Assembly: GCA_036526015.1 (NCBI GenBank)
Contig: DATCZH010000145.1
Location: 1-45,214, forward strand
DNA: 45,214 nt
Source: Sulfuricaulis sp.
GTDB taxonomy: Bacteria > Pseudomonadota > Gammaproteobacteria > Acidiferrobacterales > Sulfurifustaceae
Reading direction: 5' to 3'
Part shown: piece after piece, positions 1 through 13,895 of the stretch
Position numbering within the stretch: the stretch's first letter is position 1
How the letters are laid out: each line of letters opens with the position of its first letter
Notes under the pieces: generated by a model
Databases searched by the model: none
Told to the model about the DNA's origin: nothing
Seen by the model: only the letters and a program-made list of their open reading frames with translations
Program-made: the position numbers and the translations under genes

Positions 1-30
1 GTTCTGAACTAGGCGTTCACTGAAACCGGC

Positions 31-702
31 TTAGACGGCGGACCGAAGTACCGCCTCGGGATCGAGCTGGCGGCGCAGCTCCCGGCGAATTTCCTGCCAG
101 CGGAAGCGGACCGAATTTCTAACGATCTCTTCATCAAGCTCCTTGAGGTTCTCGACAATTGGCGCCCAGCGCATGAGCGCTGTCGGACTCTCGGAGAACG
201 GCGTCTCGTCGTCAGTGACCCGGGCCCAATCACAATTAGCGAGGCGCGTGCGCACGAGATCGGCCGAGGCAGCAAACTCTCCCCCGGCATCCGCCGGAAT
301 GCCCGTATCGTTCAGGATCGCCGTCACCACTTCCTGCAGCAGCACACCGACTTTCGGCGTCATGGACGGTGAACCCCGCGCCAGCAATCCCCCGGCATAG
401 ACTGACAAATCCGACAGGCAGGCCAGCCACATCTGCCATTTGGCGATGTTGATCGATCCGACGAAGGCATCGTCGTCGAACAATTGTGGATAGATCATAC
501 CGGCGCGCGTCCGCAGATAACCGTACAGTGAGGTTTGTGCCACGTAGCTCGCACGAGTTTCGAGAAAATGCTTGAGCCCAGCACGATCAGCCACGGCTTC
601 CTCCCGTCGGTGGCTGTGCGAGCCAAAGTAGTCGCGCAATCCACTCCACAGGTGGGAAATCCAATTTGCTAACCGGTCGGCCCGTCTCGTCTCGTTAGGC
701 AT
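31..702 (-). CDS. Hypothetical protein, 223 aa, function unknown
   Basis: Longest ORF in the region, ATG start, protein-like helical composition (FLETRASYVAQTSLYGYLRTRAG...NSVRFRWQEIR), divergent from acs; no family confidently recognised. Confidence 0.7.
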   Translation of the reverse strand: MPNETRRADRLANWISHLWSGLRDYFGSHSHRREEAVADRAGLKHFLETRASYVAQTSLYGYLRTRAGMIYPQLFDDDAFVGSINIAKWQMWLACLSDLSVYAGGLLARGSPSMTPKVGVLLQEVVTAILNDTGIPADAGGEFAASADLVRTRLANCDWARVTDDETPFSESPTALMRWAPIVENLKELDEEIVRNSVRFRWQEIRRELRRQLDPEAVLRSAV

Positions 703-1075
703 GAACCCTTGTTATTCCGTGTTGCTCATCACCGGATACACGACTGACTCTTGTATCACTCCTCGGTCTTGTCCACCAGACTCAACGCACATGAACCCAT
801 GACGTTGATTCATTCTATGCGCGCAGCCCGGCAGAAGAGTCCACCACTTTTCCAGATCACGTGCCTAGACAATCTGGAAAGCTGGAGTCAGGGACGGCAG
901 TACTGACACCCGTTGTATGGTTTCAGGGGGTTGTTGGGGATCGCCACTACCCCACGGGATACCCAGAGGGAGGGCAGAAGTGCGGACCGGACGGTGTGGT
1001 GGCGGGTGGCTTGAGTCGCTGCGCGGGTCTGTGCACAATCGGTGTCAACCGGAGGATTATCAGGAGGAGCAGATC

Positions 1076-3019
<1,944 letters not shown>

Positions 3020-3079
3020 CGCGCGGTGGATGTGGACCCGCGTCAACATGGCACAAATGAACGGCTGACTGAAGAATGG

Positions 3080-3109
3080 CTGACATTGGCCGTCAGGATT
3101 GAATAGAAT
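3080..3109 (+). promoter_or_regulatory. Candidate sigma70 promoter for the mla operon
   Basis: CTGACA (3080-3085), 18 nt, TAGAAT (3104-3109), about 50 nt upstream of mlaF. Confidence 0.4.
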
Positions 3110-3160
3110 GCAGCTTCCCCGTCCGGGGAGACGGCCCTGAATCGTAAAAAGGAAGGCGGA

Positions 3161-3991
3161 TTGAGTCAGTCCCGTAACGCGACAGCCGGCAAGGAAGTCC
3201 TGGTCGACATACAGGATGTTTATTTTTCCCACGGCACCCGCCCGATCCTGAAGGGCATCACGATGCCGATCCGCCGCGGCCAGGTCACCGCAATCATGGG
3301 CGGCAGCGGCTGCGGCAAGACCACACTCCTGAACCTCGTCGGCGGACGCATCAAACCGAACCGCGGCACCATCACCGTGGACGGCGAATCCGTGCCCGAC
3401 CTGAAAACGAAAGAACTTTTTGAGCTACGCAAGCGCATGGGCATGTTGTTTCAGACGGGCGCGCTGCTGACCGATCTCACCCTGTTCGAGAATGTAGCCT
3501 TCCCCATTCGCGAGCACACCCGATTGCCGGAATCGATACTGCGAAAGGTGGTGCTGATGAAACTGGAGGCCGTGGGCCTTCGCGGCGCATGGAGTCTGAT
3601 GCCATCGGAACTTTCGGGCGGCATGGCACGGCGCGCAGCACTGGCGCGCGCCATCGCACTCGAACCCATGATGATCATGTACGACGAGCCGTTCACTGGC
3701 CTTGACCCGATCTCCAAGGGCGTGATTGCCAAGCTGATCCGCGAGCTCAATCAGAGCCTTGGCATCACCTCGATCGTTGTGTCGCACGACGTGGCCGAAA
3801 CCTGCACCATTTCCGATTATGCCTACCTCGTCGGCGATGGACGGATCATCGGCGAGGGAACGCCCGCCGTGGTCCAGAAATCCAAGTCCGATCATGTCCG
3901 TCAGTTCATGGACGGACTTCCCGACGGTCCGGTACCGTACCAGTATCCGGCTGGTGATTATTATCAAGACCTGATGCAGGGCGTTGCATGA
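3161..3991 (+). CDS. mlaF: Phospholipid ABC transporter ATP-binding subunit
   Basis: Walker A GGSGCGKT, signature [19 protein letters not shown]-terminal [16 protein letters not shown]; TTG start after AAGGAAGG. Confidence 0.93.
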   Translation: MSQSRNATAGKEVLVDIQDVYFSHGTRPILKGITMPIRRGQVTAIMGGSGCGKTTLLNLVGGRIKPNRGTITVDGESVPDLKTKELFELRKRMGMLFQTGALLTDLTLFENVAFPIREHTRLPESILRKVVLMKLEAVGLRGAWSLMPSELSGGMARRAALARAIALEPMMIMYDEPFTGLDPISKGVIAKLIRELNQSLGITSIVVSHDVAETCTISDYAYLVGDGRIIGEGTPAVVQKSKSDHVRQFMDGLPDGPVPYQYPAGDYYQDLMQGVA

Positions 3992-4767
3992 GCACCATTC
4001 GTACACTCGGCAGCATCGTGATCAATAGTATCGAGCGCCTCGGCCGGGCGTCGATGTTCCTGTACGAAGTTCTCACTGGTTCCTGGGAGCTTCTGCGTCG
4101 TTTTTATCTCGTCGTGCAACAAGTCTACGCCGTGGGCGTTCTGACACTCCTTATAATTTTGGTGTCAGGCCTGTTCGTCGGCATGGTGCTCGGGCTGCAG
4201 GGTTACAACACGCTGGTAAAATTCGGCTCGGCCAACTCGCTCGGGCTGCTGGTGGCCCTGTCGCTGGTGCGCGAACTCGGCCCGGTGGTGACGGCGCTGC
4301 TGTTCGCCGGCCGCGCCGGCTCGGCACTGACCGCGGAGATTGGTCTCATGAAGGCAACCGAGCAACTTGCCGGCATGGAAATGATGGCGGTCAATCCGAT
4401 CACGCGCGTGATCGCCCCGCGCTTTCTCGGCGGCGTCATCGCGATGCCATTGCTGGCGGCGCTGTTTTCCGCCATCGGCGTGCTCGGCGGCCACCTGGTC
4501 GGAGTCGGGCTGCTGGGCGTGGACTCCGGCGCCTTCTGGTCGCAAATGCAGAACGGCGTCGATTACCGCGATGACATCCTGAACGGCGTCATCAAGAGTC
4601 TGGTCTTCGGCGTGGTGGTGTCCTGGATCGCCGTATTTGAGGGCTACGACGCCGTGCCGACCTCGGAAGGTGTCAGCAGCGCCACCAACCGCACAGTGGT
4701 ATATTCTTCGCTCGCGGTGCTGGGGCTGGATTTCCTCCTTACCGCCTTGACTCTGGGAGACGTCTGA
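3988..4767 (+). CDS. mlaE: Phospholipid ABC transporter permease
   Basis: [33 protein letters not shown] motif; ATGA overlap with mlaF. Confidence 0.95.
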   Translation: MSTIRTLGSIVINSIERLGRASMFLYEVLTGSWELLRRFYLVVQQVYAVGVLTLLIILVSGLFVGMVLGLQGYNTLVKFGSANSLGLLVALSLVRELGPVVTALLFAGRAGSALTAEIGLMKATEQLAGMEMMAVNPITRVIAPRFLGGVIAMPLLAALFSAIGVLGGHLVGVGLLGVDSGAFWSQMQNGVDYRDDILNGVIKSLVFGVVVSWIAVFEGYDAVPTSEGVSSATNRTVVYSSLAVLGLDFLLTALTLGDV

Positions 4768-4768
4768 C

Positions 4769-5245
4769 ATGATCAATCGAAAAAGTCTGGAAGTATGGGT
4801 CGGGCTGTTCGTGGCCGCGGGCATATTTGCGCTCGGCATGCTCGCCTTCAAGGTTGGCAACCTCACCACGGCGGACGTAATAGACGGATACCGAATCCGG
4901 GCGAACTTCGACAACGTGGGCGGTCTGAAGGTGAAAGCGGCCGTGACCATGGCCGGGGTCCGCATCGGTCGGGTCACGGGCATCGGGTTCGACAACAAAA
5001 AGTACCAAGCGGTGGTGACCATGGATATTGACGGCAAATTCAAAATTATCCCGAATGACAGCAGCGCCTCGATTCTGACTTCTGGCCTGCTGGGCGACCA
5101 GTATATCGGGCTTGAGCCCGGCGGCGCCGAGGAGTATCTCAAGGACGGCGATGTGATGCGCACGACACAGTCGGCCCTGGTCCTCGAGAAGTTGGTCGGT
5201 CAGGTAATCTTCAGCAAGACCAATGAACCTGGGCCAGCCAAGTAG
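4769..5245 (+). CDS. mlaD: MCE-domain protein MlaD
   Basis: N-terminal TM helix, FDNVGGLKVKAAVTMAGVRIGRV, ILTSGLLGDQYIGL. Confidence 0.95.
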   Translation: MINRKSLEVWVGLFVAAGIFALGMLAFKVGNLTTADVIDGYRIRANFDNVGGLKVKAAVTMAGVRIGRVTGIGFDNKKYQAVVTMDIDGKFKIIPNDSSASILTSGLLGDQYIGLEPGGAEEYLKDGDVMRTTQSALVLEKLVGQVIFSKTNEPGPAK

Positions 5246-5279
5246 CCTTTCCGTCGAAGGCAGCCAACAAGGAGTACTC

Positions 5280-5924
5280 ATGAAAAGATTTCTTTTCGCG
5301 ACGTTGGTCCTGATTTTCGCGCATTTCGCGACGGCGACCGAAATGGCGCCAGACCAAGTGGCGCACCAGGCCACCGACAAGATCGTGAAGCTGCTCAAGG
5401 ACAACAAAGACGTCTACAGCAAAGACCACAAAAAACTCTACGCCATGGTGGACGAGCATGTCCTGGCGCATTTTGATTTCCGCGCCATGTCGCGCACCGT
5501 GCTCGGACGTTACTGGCGCGAGGCGAACGAGGATCAGCGCTCCCAGTTCACCCGGGAGTTCCGCGATTTGCTGGTACGTACCTACGCCACGGCGTTGCTG
5601 AAATACAATGACGAGCAGATTGTCTATCTGCCGTTTCGCCTGAGCCCGGAGGATCGCACCGCCACGGTGAAATCCGAAGTCCGACGCAAGGACGGTGGTC
5701 CGCCGATCGCTATCCACTACAGTTTTTATCGTAATAACAATCTCTGGAAGGTGTATGACGTGGCGATCGAGGGCGCGAGCCTCGTCTCGACGTACCAGTC
5801 CACTTTCGCGGCGCGCGTGCAGAAGGAAGGCCTCGATGCCTTGATCGCGAGTCTGGCGCAGGACAACAAGTCCGATGCCGGCAAGACCGCTTCCAACGGC
5901 GGCAAGGCGGGTGCCGGCCGGTGA
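5280..5924 (+). CDS. mlaC: Periplasmic phospholipid shuttle MlaC/Ttg2D
   Basis: Signal peptide from ATG 5280 (preceded by AAGGAG), FDFRAMSRTVLG, WKVYDVAIEGASLVSTY. Confidence 0.92.
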   Translation: MKRFLFATLVLIFAHFATATEMAPDQVAHQATDKIVKLLKDNKDVYSKDHKKLYAMVDEHVLAHFDFRAMSRTVLGRYWREANEDQRSQFTREFRDLLVRTYATALLKYNDEQIVYLPFRLSPEDRTATVKSEVRRKDGGPPIAIHYSFYRNNNLWKVYDVAIEGASLVSTYQSTFAARVQKEGLDALIASLAQDNKSDAGKTASNGGKAGAGR

Positions 5925-6241
5925 GCGAGAACGGCCTGGCCTCCCGCGGCGATGGGGTATTTGAGATCTCCGGAAATCTGACGTTTCAGACCGTGCCCCG
6001 GTTTCAGGACCAGGCGGGCAGCTTGCTGCAAGGAAACGCGCAGTCGGTCACCATCGACATGAAGGGCGTTACCCAGTCAGACAGTGCCGGGCTGGCACTG
6101 ATGATCGAGTGGTTGCAGATGGCGCGTGCCGCGAAACGCGAACTCGTGTTTGCCCATATTCCAGAACAGATGCGCGACCTTATCCGTGTGAACGGTCTGC
6201 AACAGATGTTCAGCCTGGAAAACGGACAAAACGACAAGTGA
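5921..6241 (+). CDS. mlaB: STAS-domain protein MlaB
   Basis: IDMKGVTQSDSAGLALMIEW STAS motif; position after mlaC. Confidence 0.88.
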   Translation: MSENGLASRGDGVFEISGNLTFQTVPRFQDQAGSLLQGNAQSVTIDMKGVTQSDSAGLALMIEWLQMARAAKRELVFAHIPEQMRDLIRVNGLQQMFSLENGQNDK

Positions 6242-6276
6242 ATCCTGCTTCGTAATACCTCCCTTGCTCATCTTCT

Positions 6277-7194
6277 GTGCCGGCCATCTCGATTTCAGGG
6301 CTCAACAAGCATTACGCCAAGGTCCAGGCGCTCGACCATATCAATCTGGCCGTCGAGCGGGGCGAGTTTTTCGGCCTGCTTGGACCTAACGGCGCGGGCA
6401 AATCCACACTCATCAATATCCTCGCCGGGCTGACCCGGCTCGACAGCGGCCAGGTGAACGTATTGGGGCACGATGTGGTGACAGACTACCGCCGCACGCG
6501 GCGGCTCTTGGGCGTGGTGCCTCAGGAGTTGACCTACGATCCCTTTTTCAACGTGCGCGAGGTGCTGCGCATCCAGTCGGGCTATTTTGGCCTGCACAAA
6601 AACGACACTTGGATTGACGAGCTGATGGCGGCGCTCATGCTGACCGACAAGGCCAGCGCCAACATGCGCGCATTGTCGGGTGGGATGAAGCGGCGTGTCA
6701 TGATCGCGCAGGCCCTGGTGCATCGCCCCGAGGTGGTGGTGCTGGATGAGCCGACTGCGGGTGTGGATGTCGAGCTGCGCAAGTCCTTGTGGGATTTCAT
6801 TCGTCGCCTGCATCGCGAAGGCCACACCATCGTTCTGACCACGCATTACCTGGAAGAGGCCGAAGCCTTGTGCGACCGGATTGCCATCCTCAATCTCGGC
6901 AAGCTCGTGGCGCTCGATTCCAAGAAGTCACTGATGGCGCATGGGATCGGTCGCACGCGGCGGGTTTGCATCACCACCGAGCAGCCGCTCGGCCCGTTGC
7001 CAGAAAATCTGGCGGCAAAAGTACGCCGGCAGGAGGGCAACCAACTCGAGCTGCAACTCGACAAGAGCGCCGACTCCGTCATCGCCGTGCTCGATGTCCT
7101 GCGTGCGCACGGCGCCGTGATCATCGACCTCAACATGGAGGGGGCGGACCTGGAGGACGTGTTTGTCGAACTGACCCGGAGGAACCGCGCGTGA
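6277..7194 (+). CDS. ABC transporter ATP-binding protein (YadG-like)
   Basis: GPNGAGKST, LSGGMKRR, LDEPTAGVDVELR, TTHYLEEAE. Confidence 0.9.
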   Translation: MPAISISGLNKHYAKVQALDHINLAVERGEFFGLLGPNGAGKSTLINILAGLTRLDSGQVNVLGHDVVTDYRRTRRLLGVVPQELTYDPFFNVREVLRIQSGYFGLHKNDTWIDELMAALMLTDKASANMRALSGGMKRRVMIAQALVHRPEVVVLDEPTAGVDVELRKSLWDFIRRLHREGHTIVLTTHYLEEAEALCDRIAILNLGKLVALDSKKSLMAHGIGRTRRVCITTEQPLGPLPENLAAKVRRQEGNQLELQLDKSADSVIAVLDVLRAHGAVIIDLNMEGADLEDVFVELTRRNRA

Positions 7195-7952
7195 ACCTAG
7201 TCGGTCTCTACACCCTTTTCTACAAGGAGGTCCTGCGATTCGGCAAGGTGCTGCTGCAAACCCTGATCGCCCCGGTTATCACCGCCCTGTTGTATCTGGT
7301 TGTCTTCGGACACGTGTTCGAGGGCCGGGTGCAGGCCTTTCCCGGCGTGAGCTACACCGTGTTCCTGATCCCGGGGCTCATGATGATGTCGGTGATCCAG
7401 AATGCCTTCGCCAACAGCTCTTCAAGCCTGATCCAGTCGAAGGTGACGGGCAACACCATGTTCATGATGTTGACACCGCTGTCGCACTTAGAATTCTTTC
7501 TCGCATATGTCTTGGCCTCGGTGGTGCGCGGCGTGCTGGTGGGTATCGGGGTTTTTCTCGTGGCATTGGTCTTCACAGAGATCCCCGTCAAGCACCCGGG
7601 CTTCATTCTGCTATTCATGTTTCTGAGCAGTGCCACCTTGGGAACCATCGGCGTGATGGCGGGTGTGTGGGCCGAGAAATTTGATCAACTCGCGGGCTTC
7701 CAGAATTTCATTATTTTGCCGCTGTCATTCCTCTCGGGCGTATTTTACTCAATCCATTCGTTGCCAGAATTTTGGCAGACCCTGTCACACTTCAATCCTT
7801 TCTTTTACATGATTGACGGATTCCGCTTCGGATTCTTCGGGATTTCCGATATCACGCCCGCTCGCAGTCTTGGGATCGTGACGCTGTTTCTGGTGGTGCT
7901 GTCCGGCATTACGCTCGCGCTGCTCAAGTCCGGCTACAAACTGCGCGATTGA
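7191..7952 (+). CDS. ABC-2 type permease (YadH-like)
   Basis: GTG 7191 overlapping previous stop; LYTLFYKEVLRF, NAFANSSSSL, NPFFYMIDGFR, SGYKLR; multiple TM helices. Confidence 0.9.
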   Translation: MNLVGLYTLFYKEVLRFGKVLLQTLIAPVITALLYLVVFGHVFEGRVQAFPGVSYTVFLIPGLMMMSVIQNAFANSSSSLIQSKVTGNTMFMMLTPLSHLEFFLAYVLASVVRGVLVGIGVFLVALVFTEIPVKHPGFILLFMFLSSATLGTIGVMAGVWAEKFDQLAGFQNFIILPLSFLSGVFYSIHSLPEFWQTLSHFNPFFYMIDGFRFGFFGISDITPARSLGIVTLFLVVLSGITLALLKSGYKLRD

Positions 7953-8109
7953 TGGCCTGAAGGAGGTTGTTTTCTGGAGGGAACTCTTTCCGTCCCATGA
8001 GTCTATAATGGAGTTTCACGGCATTCCGGGACGCTGAACACGCCCACAACCTATCTCTTATAAGGCTATATCTCTTGAAATGTCGAAAAGGGACCGGATA
8101 ATTGAAGAA

Positions 8110-8334
8110 ATGATGCAACCGGATGACATTAAACAGATGATCGAACGCGGTCTTCCGGGTGCGCGCGTTTCGGTGACCGGCGATGGTCATCATTTCGAAG
8201 CCGAAGTCATCGCCAGCGAGTTCACCGGCAAGAGCATGTTGCAGCGACACCAGATAGTCTATCAGTCGCTGGGTGGCAAGATGGGAAACGAGATTCATGC
8301 TCTGTCGTTGCGTACCCAGGCACCGGGCGAATGA
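8110..8334 (+). CDS. BolA/IbaG (YrbA)-family protein
   Basis: GDGHHFEAEVIASEF...LQRHQIVY...IHALSLRT; start 8110 or 8113. Confidence 0.92.
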   Translation: MMQPDDIKQMIERGLPGARVSVTGDGHHFEAEVIASEFTGKSMLQRHQIVYQSLGGKMGNEIHALSLRTQAPGE

Positions 8335-8379
8335 TACTCCGGCGGTTTATCAACAATTACTGAAGCACGAGAGGTTTGC

Positions 8380-8694
8380 ATGGACACCCAGGACAAAATT
8401 CGCGATCAGCTTTCCGCCGACAAGATCGTGCTCTACATGAAGGGCACCCCCCAGTTCCCGCAATGCGGATTTTCGGCCAAGGCCACGCAAATGTTGGGTG
8501 CCTGCGGCGCCAAATACACCAGCTTCGACATCCTCTCGGACCCTGAAATCCGCCAGGGTCTCAAGGAATACTCCAACTGGCCGACCTTCCCGCAGCTGTA
8601 CCTCAACGGCGAACTGGTCGGAGGCTGTGATATCATGACTGAGCTGTTCCAGAAAGGTGAGCTCCAGAAACTGATTGCCAAGGCAATGGGTTGA
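8380..8694 (+). CDS. grxD: Monothiol glutaredoxin Grx4
   Basis: [22 protein letters not shown] motifs. Confidence 0.96.
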   Translation: MDTQDKIRDQLSADKIVLYMKGTPQFPQCGFSAKATQMLGACGAKYTSFDILSDPEIRQGLKEYSNWPTFPQLYLNGELVGGCDIMTELFQKGELQKLIAKAMG

Positions 8695-10065
<1,371 letters not shown>

Positions 10066-10068
10066 ACC

Positions 10069-10713
10069 ATGAACACGATGCTCAATATCGCCCTGTCCAA
10101 GGGGCGGATCCTGGAAGAGGGTCTGCCGCTGCTTGACCGCGCCGGCATCTGGCCTTCCGAAAATCCGCTCAAAAGCCGCAAGCTCATTCTCGACACCAAC
10201 CTTCCCGAGGTGAAGCTCACCATCATCCGCGCCGCGGACGTGCCCACCTATGTTCGTTTCGGCGCCGCCGATCTCGGCATTGCCGGCAAGGACGTGTTGA
10301 TGGAGTACGACGGTGACGGCCTCTACGAGTTGCTCGATCTGAAAATCGCCCGGTGTCGCATGATGGTGGCAGAGCCCAAGAGCCTGGCTTCGCGTGACGA
10401 TCCCGGCAGTTGGACGCGGTTGCGCATTGCCACCAAGTACGTCAAAACCACGCAGCGCCACTTCGCCGCCAAGGGCATCCAGACCGACATTATCAAGCTC
10501 TACGGTTCCATGGAGTTGGCACCCCTGGTGGGTCTGTCCGACCGGATAGTGGATTTGGTCGATACCGGCAATACACTCAAGGCCAATGGGCTGGCCGAGG
10601 TCGAGCATATCGCCGATATCAGCGCCTGGCTCGTGGCCAATCGCGCCTCAATGAAAATTAAACAGCAGGCGCTGAAGGATCTCGTGAAACGGCTGGAGAA
10701 GGCAGTCGCCTGA
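10069..10713 (+). CDS. hisG: ATP phosphoribosyltransferase, short form (needs HisZ, not in window)
   Basis: [45 protein letters not shown]; 214 aa, no C-terminal regulatory domain. Confidence 0.96.
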   Translation: MNTMLNIALSKGRILEEGLPLLDRAGIWPSENPLKSRKLILDTNLPEVKLTIIRAADVPTYVRFGAADLGIAGKDVLMEYDGDGLYELLDLKIARCRMMVAEPKSLASRDDPGSWTRLRIATKYVKTTQRHFAAKGIQTDIIKLYGSMELAPLVGLSDRIVDLVDTGNTLKANGLAEVEHIADISAWLVANRASMKIKQQALKDLVKRLEKAVA

Positions 10714-10720
10714 TACTCCC

Positions 10721-12028
10721 ATGAGCACTCTGAATCTGCGCCAGCTCAAAACCGGCGATCCCGGATTCGACCGCGAATTCGCCCGGTTGCTGGATCGCGC
10801 GCAAACGGTGGATCCGAAGATCGAGGCGACGGTGAAGGAGATCGTCGCCGATGTGCGCGCCCGCGGCGACGCGGCGCTGCTCGAATACACCCGCCGGTTC
10901 GACCGCCGCGACGCAGCATTAGTGGCAGAACTCGAAATTGCACGACCGAACCTTCGCGAGGCCTCGCGCGCACTCACCAAGGAACAGTATGAAGCGCTGG
11001 CTAACGCCGCCGAGCGCATCCGCGCCTATCACGAGCGCCAACGCGCCGAGTCCTGGAGTTATACCGAGCCCGACGGCACGCTTCTGGGGCAGCAGGTGAC
11101 ACCGATCGAGCGCGTCGGCCTTTACGTGCCCGGCGGCAAGGCCGCCTATCCTTCCTCGGTGCTGATGAACGCGATACCGGCCAAAGTGGCCGACGTGCCG
11201 GAACTCATCATGGTGGTGCCGGCGCCGGAGGGTGAGCTCAATCCATTGGTGCTCGGCGCAGCTTATCTCGGCGGGGTGGACCGCGTGTTCACCATCGGCG
11301 GTGCGCAGGCGGTGGCCGCACTCGCCTACGGCACTGATTCCATTCCCAAAGTGGACAAGATCGTCGGGCCGGGGAACATCTATGTCGCCACGGCCAAGCG
11401 ACTCGTCTTCGGTGCGGTCGACATCGACATGATCGCCGGTCCGTCCGAGATCGTGGTTTTGTGCGACGGCCGGACCGATCCCGAGTGGATCGCAATGGAC
11501 CTGTTCTCGCAAGCGGAGCATGACGAAGACGCACAGGCGATATTGATCAGTCTCGACGAAGTCTTTACCGCGAAAGTACGCGCGGCCATCAATAACCTTC
11601 TGCCCGGCTTGGAACGGCGCGATATTATTCGCGCCTCGCTCGAAAGCCGCGGTGCGCTGATCACCGCCTTGAACCTTGATGAGGCACTGGAGCTGGTGAA
11701 TCGCCTCGCACCGGAGCATCTCGAACTCTCGGTGGAAAATCCCGAAATCGTCGCCGGGCGCGTGCGCCATGCCGGCGCGATTTTTCTCGGCCGCTATACT
11801 GCGGAAGCGGTCGGCGATTACTGTGCCGGGCCAAATCACGTGTTACCGACTTCCGGTACTGCGCGCTTCTCCTCACCGCTGGGCGTTTACGATTTTCAGA
11901 AACGCACGAGCCTCATCAAGTGCTCGGCGGACGGCGCCTCCCGCCTCGGCCGCACCGCTTCCGTGCTGTCGCGTGGTGAGGGGTTGACGGCCCACGCGCG
12001 CTCGGCGGAATACCGGATCAAGAAATAA
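10721..12028 (+). CDS. hisD: Histidinol dehydrogenase
   Basis: [45 protein letters not shown]. Confidence 0.97.
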   Translation: MSTLNLRQLKTGDPGFDREFARLLDRAQTVDPKIEATVKEIVADVRARGDAALLEYTRRFDRRDAALVAELEIARPNLREASRALTKEQYEALANAAERIRAYHERQRAESWSYTEPDGTLLGQQVTPIERVGLYVPGGKAAYPSSVLMNAIPAKVADVPELIMVVPAPEGELNPLVLGAAYLGGVDRVFTIGGAQAVAALAYGTDSIPKVDKIVGPGNIYVATAKRLVFGAVDIDMIAGPSEIVVLCDGRTDPEWIAMDLFSQAEHDEDAQAILISLDEVFTAKVRAAINNLLPGLERRDIIRASLESRGALITALNLDEALELVNRLAPEHLELSVENPEIVAGRVRHAGAIFLGRYTAEAVGDYCAGPNHVLPTSGTARFSSPLGVYDFQKRTSLIKCSADGASRLGRTASVLSRGEGLTAHARSAEYRIKK

Positions 12029-12076
12029 CTTACATCGCTGCAGGCCTTGCCAGTTGACAGCGAACCGTATTTTTCA

Positions 12077-13162
12077 ATGACTGACGATATTGAAAAAAGA
12101 ATCCGTGATCTCGTGCGCCCGGAAATCCGGATGCTCAAGGCCTATCACGTGCCGGACGCCACCGGGCTCATCAAGCTGGATGCCATGGAAAATCCCTATT
12201 CCTGGCCAGGTAACATCCGGCTGGCGTGGCTCGATGCGTTGCGTCAGGTAACGCTTAACCGCTATCCTGACCCCGATGCCTACCGCCTGCGTGAGCGACT
12301 GCGCGCAGCGCTGGGTGTTCCGGAGGGGATGGAATTGTTGCTCGGCAATGGTTCGGATGAACTGATCCAGATCGTTCTCATGACCGTCTCAAGGCCGGAC
12401 GCCGTGGTGCTGGCACCCATGCCGACTTTCGTCATGTACGAGATGATCGCGACATTCACCGGTATGAAGTTCGTCGGTGTGCCGCTGACGGCGGATTTTG
12501 CCCTCGACATGCCGCCCCTGATCAAGGCCATCGACACGCACAAGCCGGCGGTGATTTTCCTTTCCTACCCCAACAATCCCACCGCCAACCTGTTCGCCCG
12601 CGAGGATATATTGCGTGTGATCGGGCAGGCGCCGGGGCTGGTGGTGCTGGATGAGGCTTACCATGCCTTTGCCGGTGAGAGTTTCATGGATCAGCTGGGC
12701 AAGCATGACAATCTCCTGGTCATGCGCACACTCTCGAAGCAAGGCCTCGCCGGCCTGCGGCTCGGGATGCTCGCGGGACCATTTCCCTGGCTCGAAGAAT
12801 TCAACAAGGTGCGGTTGCCATACAACATCGGCACCCTGACGCAGGCAAGTGCGGAATTTGTGCTGGCACACATGGCACTGCTTGATGAGCAGGCGGGAAT
12901 CATCAGAGCGGAGCGGGAAAAGCTCCTCAAATCGCTGGGTCGCCTGGAACGTGTGCAGGCATGGGCAAGCAAAACCAATTTCATCCTGTTTCGGGTCCTA
13001 AACGGGGACGCAGACCAGGTATTCGAAGGTTTGCGTTCGCGTGGCGTTCTGGTCAAGAACATGAATGCCGCCGGCGGGTTGCTGCGGAATTGCCTGCGCG
13101 TGACCGTCGGCACGCCGGAGGAAAATGCATTCTTTCTCAAGGCGCTTGAGGCATCGCGCTAA
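12077..13162 (+). CDS. hisC: Histidinol-phosphate aminotransferase
   Basis: KLDAMENP, GNGSDELI, PNNPT, LDEAY, RTLSK (PLP Lys), LRVTVG; start ATG 12077 chosen (TTG 12047 alternative). Confidence 0.94.
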   Translation: MTDDIEKRIRDLVRPEIRMLKAYHVPDATGLIKLDAMENPYSWPGNIRLAWLDALRQVTLNRYPDPDAYRLRERLRAALGVPEGMELLLGNGSDELIQIVLMTVSRPDAVVLAPMPTFVMYEMIATFTGMKFVGVPLTADFALDMPPLIKAIDTHKPAVIFLSYPNNPTANLFAREDILRVIGQAPGLVVLDEAYHAFAGESFMDQLGKHDNLLVMRTLSKQGLAGLRLGMLAGPFPWLEEFNKVRLPYNIGTLTQASAEFVLAHMALLDEQAGIIRAEREKLLKSLGRLERVQAWASKTNFILFRVLNGDADQVFEGLRSRGVLVKNMNAAGGLLRNCLRVTVGTPEENAFFLKALEASR

Positions 13163-13221
13163 GTCGTCTATGGTTAACCGGTGTGATACCATAAAAATCA
13201 CAAACGCTTCGGAGAACAGCC

Positions 13222-13815
13222 GTGTCTAGCCGGCGCGCGGAAATCTCGCGCAAAACCAAGGAAACCCAGATCAGCCTTTCCGTAAACCTGGACGGTACGG
13301 GTGCGTCTCGTCTCAATACCGGTTTGCCATTCCTCGAACATATGCTGGAGCAGGTCGCACGCCACGGGTTGATTGATCTCAACCTGGAAGCCAAGGGCGA
13401 CCTGCAAATCGACGCACATCACACCGTGGAAGACATCGGCATCACGCTGGGCCAAGCGATCGCCAAAGCGGTGGGCGATAAGAAAGGAATACGGCGTTAT
13501 GGTCACGCCTACGTTCCGCTCGATGAAGCGCTGTCTCGCGTGGTCATTGATTTCTCGGGACGTCCCGGATTGGAATATCATGTGGATTTCCCGCGCTCGC
13601 GCGTGGGCGAATTCGACGTGGACTTGGTGCGCGAATTTTTCCAGGGTTTTTGCAACCACGCGCTGGTCACCCTGCACGTGGACTGCCTGCGCGGCAAGAA
13701 CGCGCATCACAATGCCGAGACTATCTTTAAGGCCTTCGGACGGGCGCTGCGCATGGCGGTCGAAGTGGACACGCGCGCATCCAATTCCGTACCATCCACC
13801 AAGGGAAGCCTGTAG
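13222..13815 (+). CDS. hisB: Imidazoleglycerol-phosphate dehydratase (monofunctional)
   Basis: [34 protein letters not shown]. Confidence 0.96.
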   Translation: MSSRRAEISRKTKETQISLSVNLDGTGASRLNTGLPFLEHMLEQVARHGLIDLNLEAKGDLQIDAHHTVEDIGITLGQAIAKAVGDKKGIRRYGHAYVPLDEALSRVVIDFSGRPGLEYHVDFPRSRVGEFDVDLVREFFQGFCNHALVTLHVDCLRGKNAHHNAETIFKAFGRALRMAVEVDTRASNSVPSTKGSL

Positions 13816-13895
13816 CCAAGGAACTGATTTTTTCATGGGACAGCGTCGGTCATGCCCCTGACATTTCAATCTGTTACCGTCTGGTATCTATACTT

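Noticed and set aside
917-1075. 53-aa N-terminal extension of Acs in the ORF track
   Set aside because: Acs homology begins at MSEEKVY and a strong AGGAGG precedes ATG 1076
7980-8009. Sigma-E-like promoter GGAACT..GTCTA overlapping a perfect TATAAT before bolA
   Set aside because: Spacing is short for sigma-E and there is no sigma70 -35; cannot be assigned
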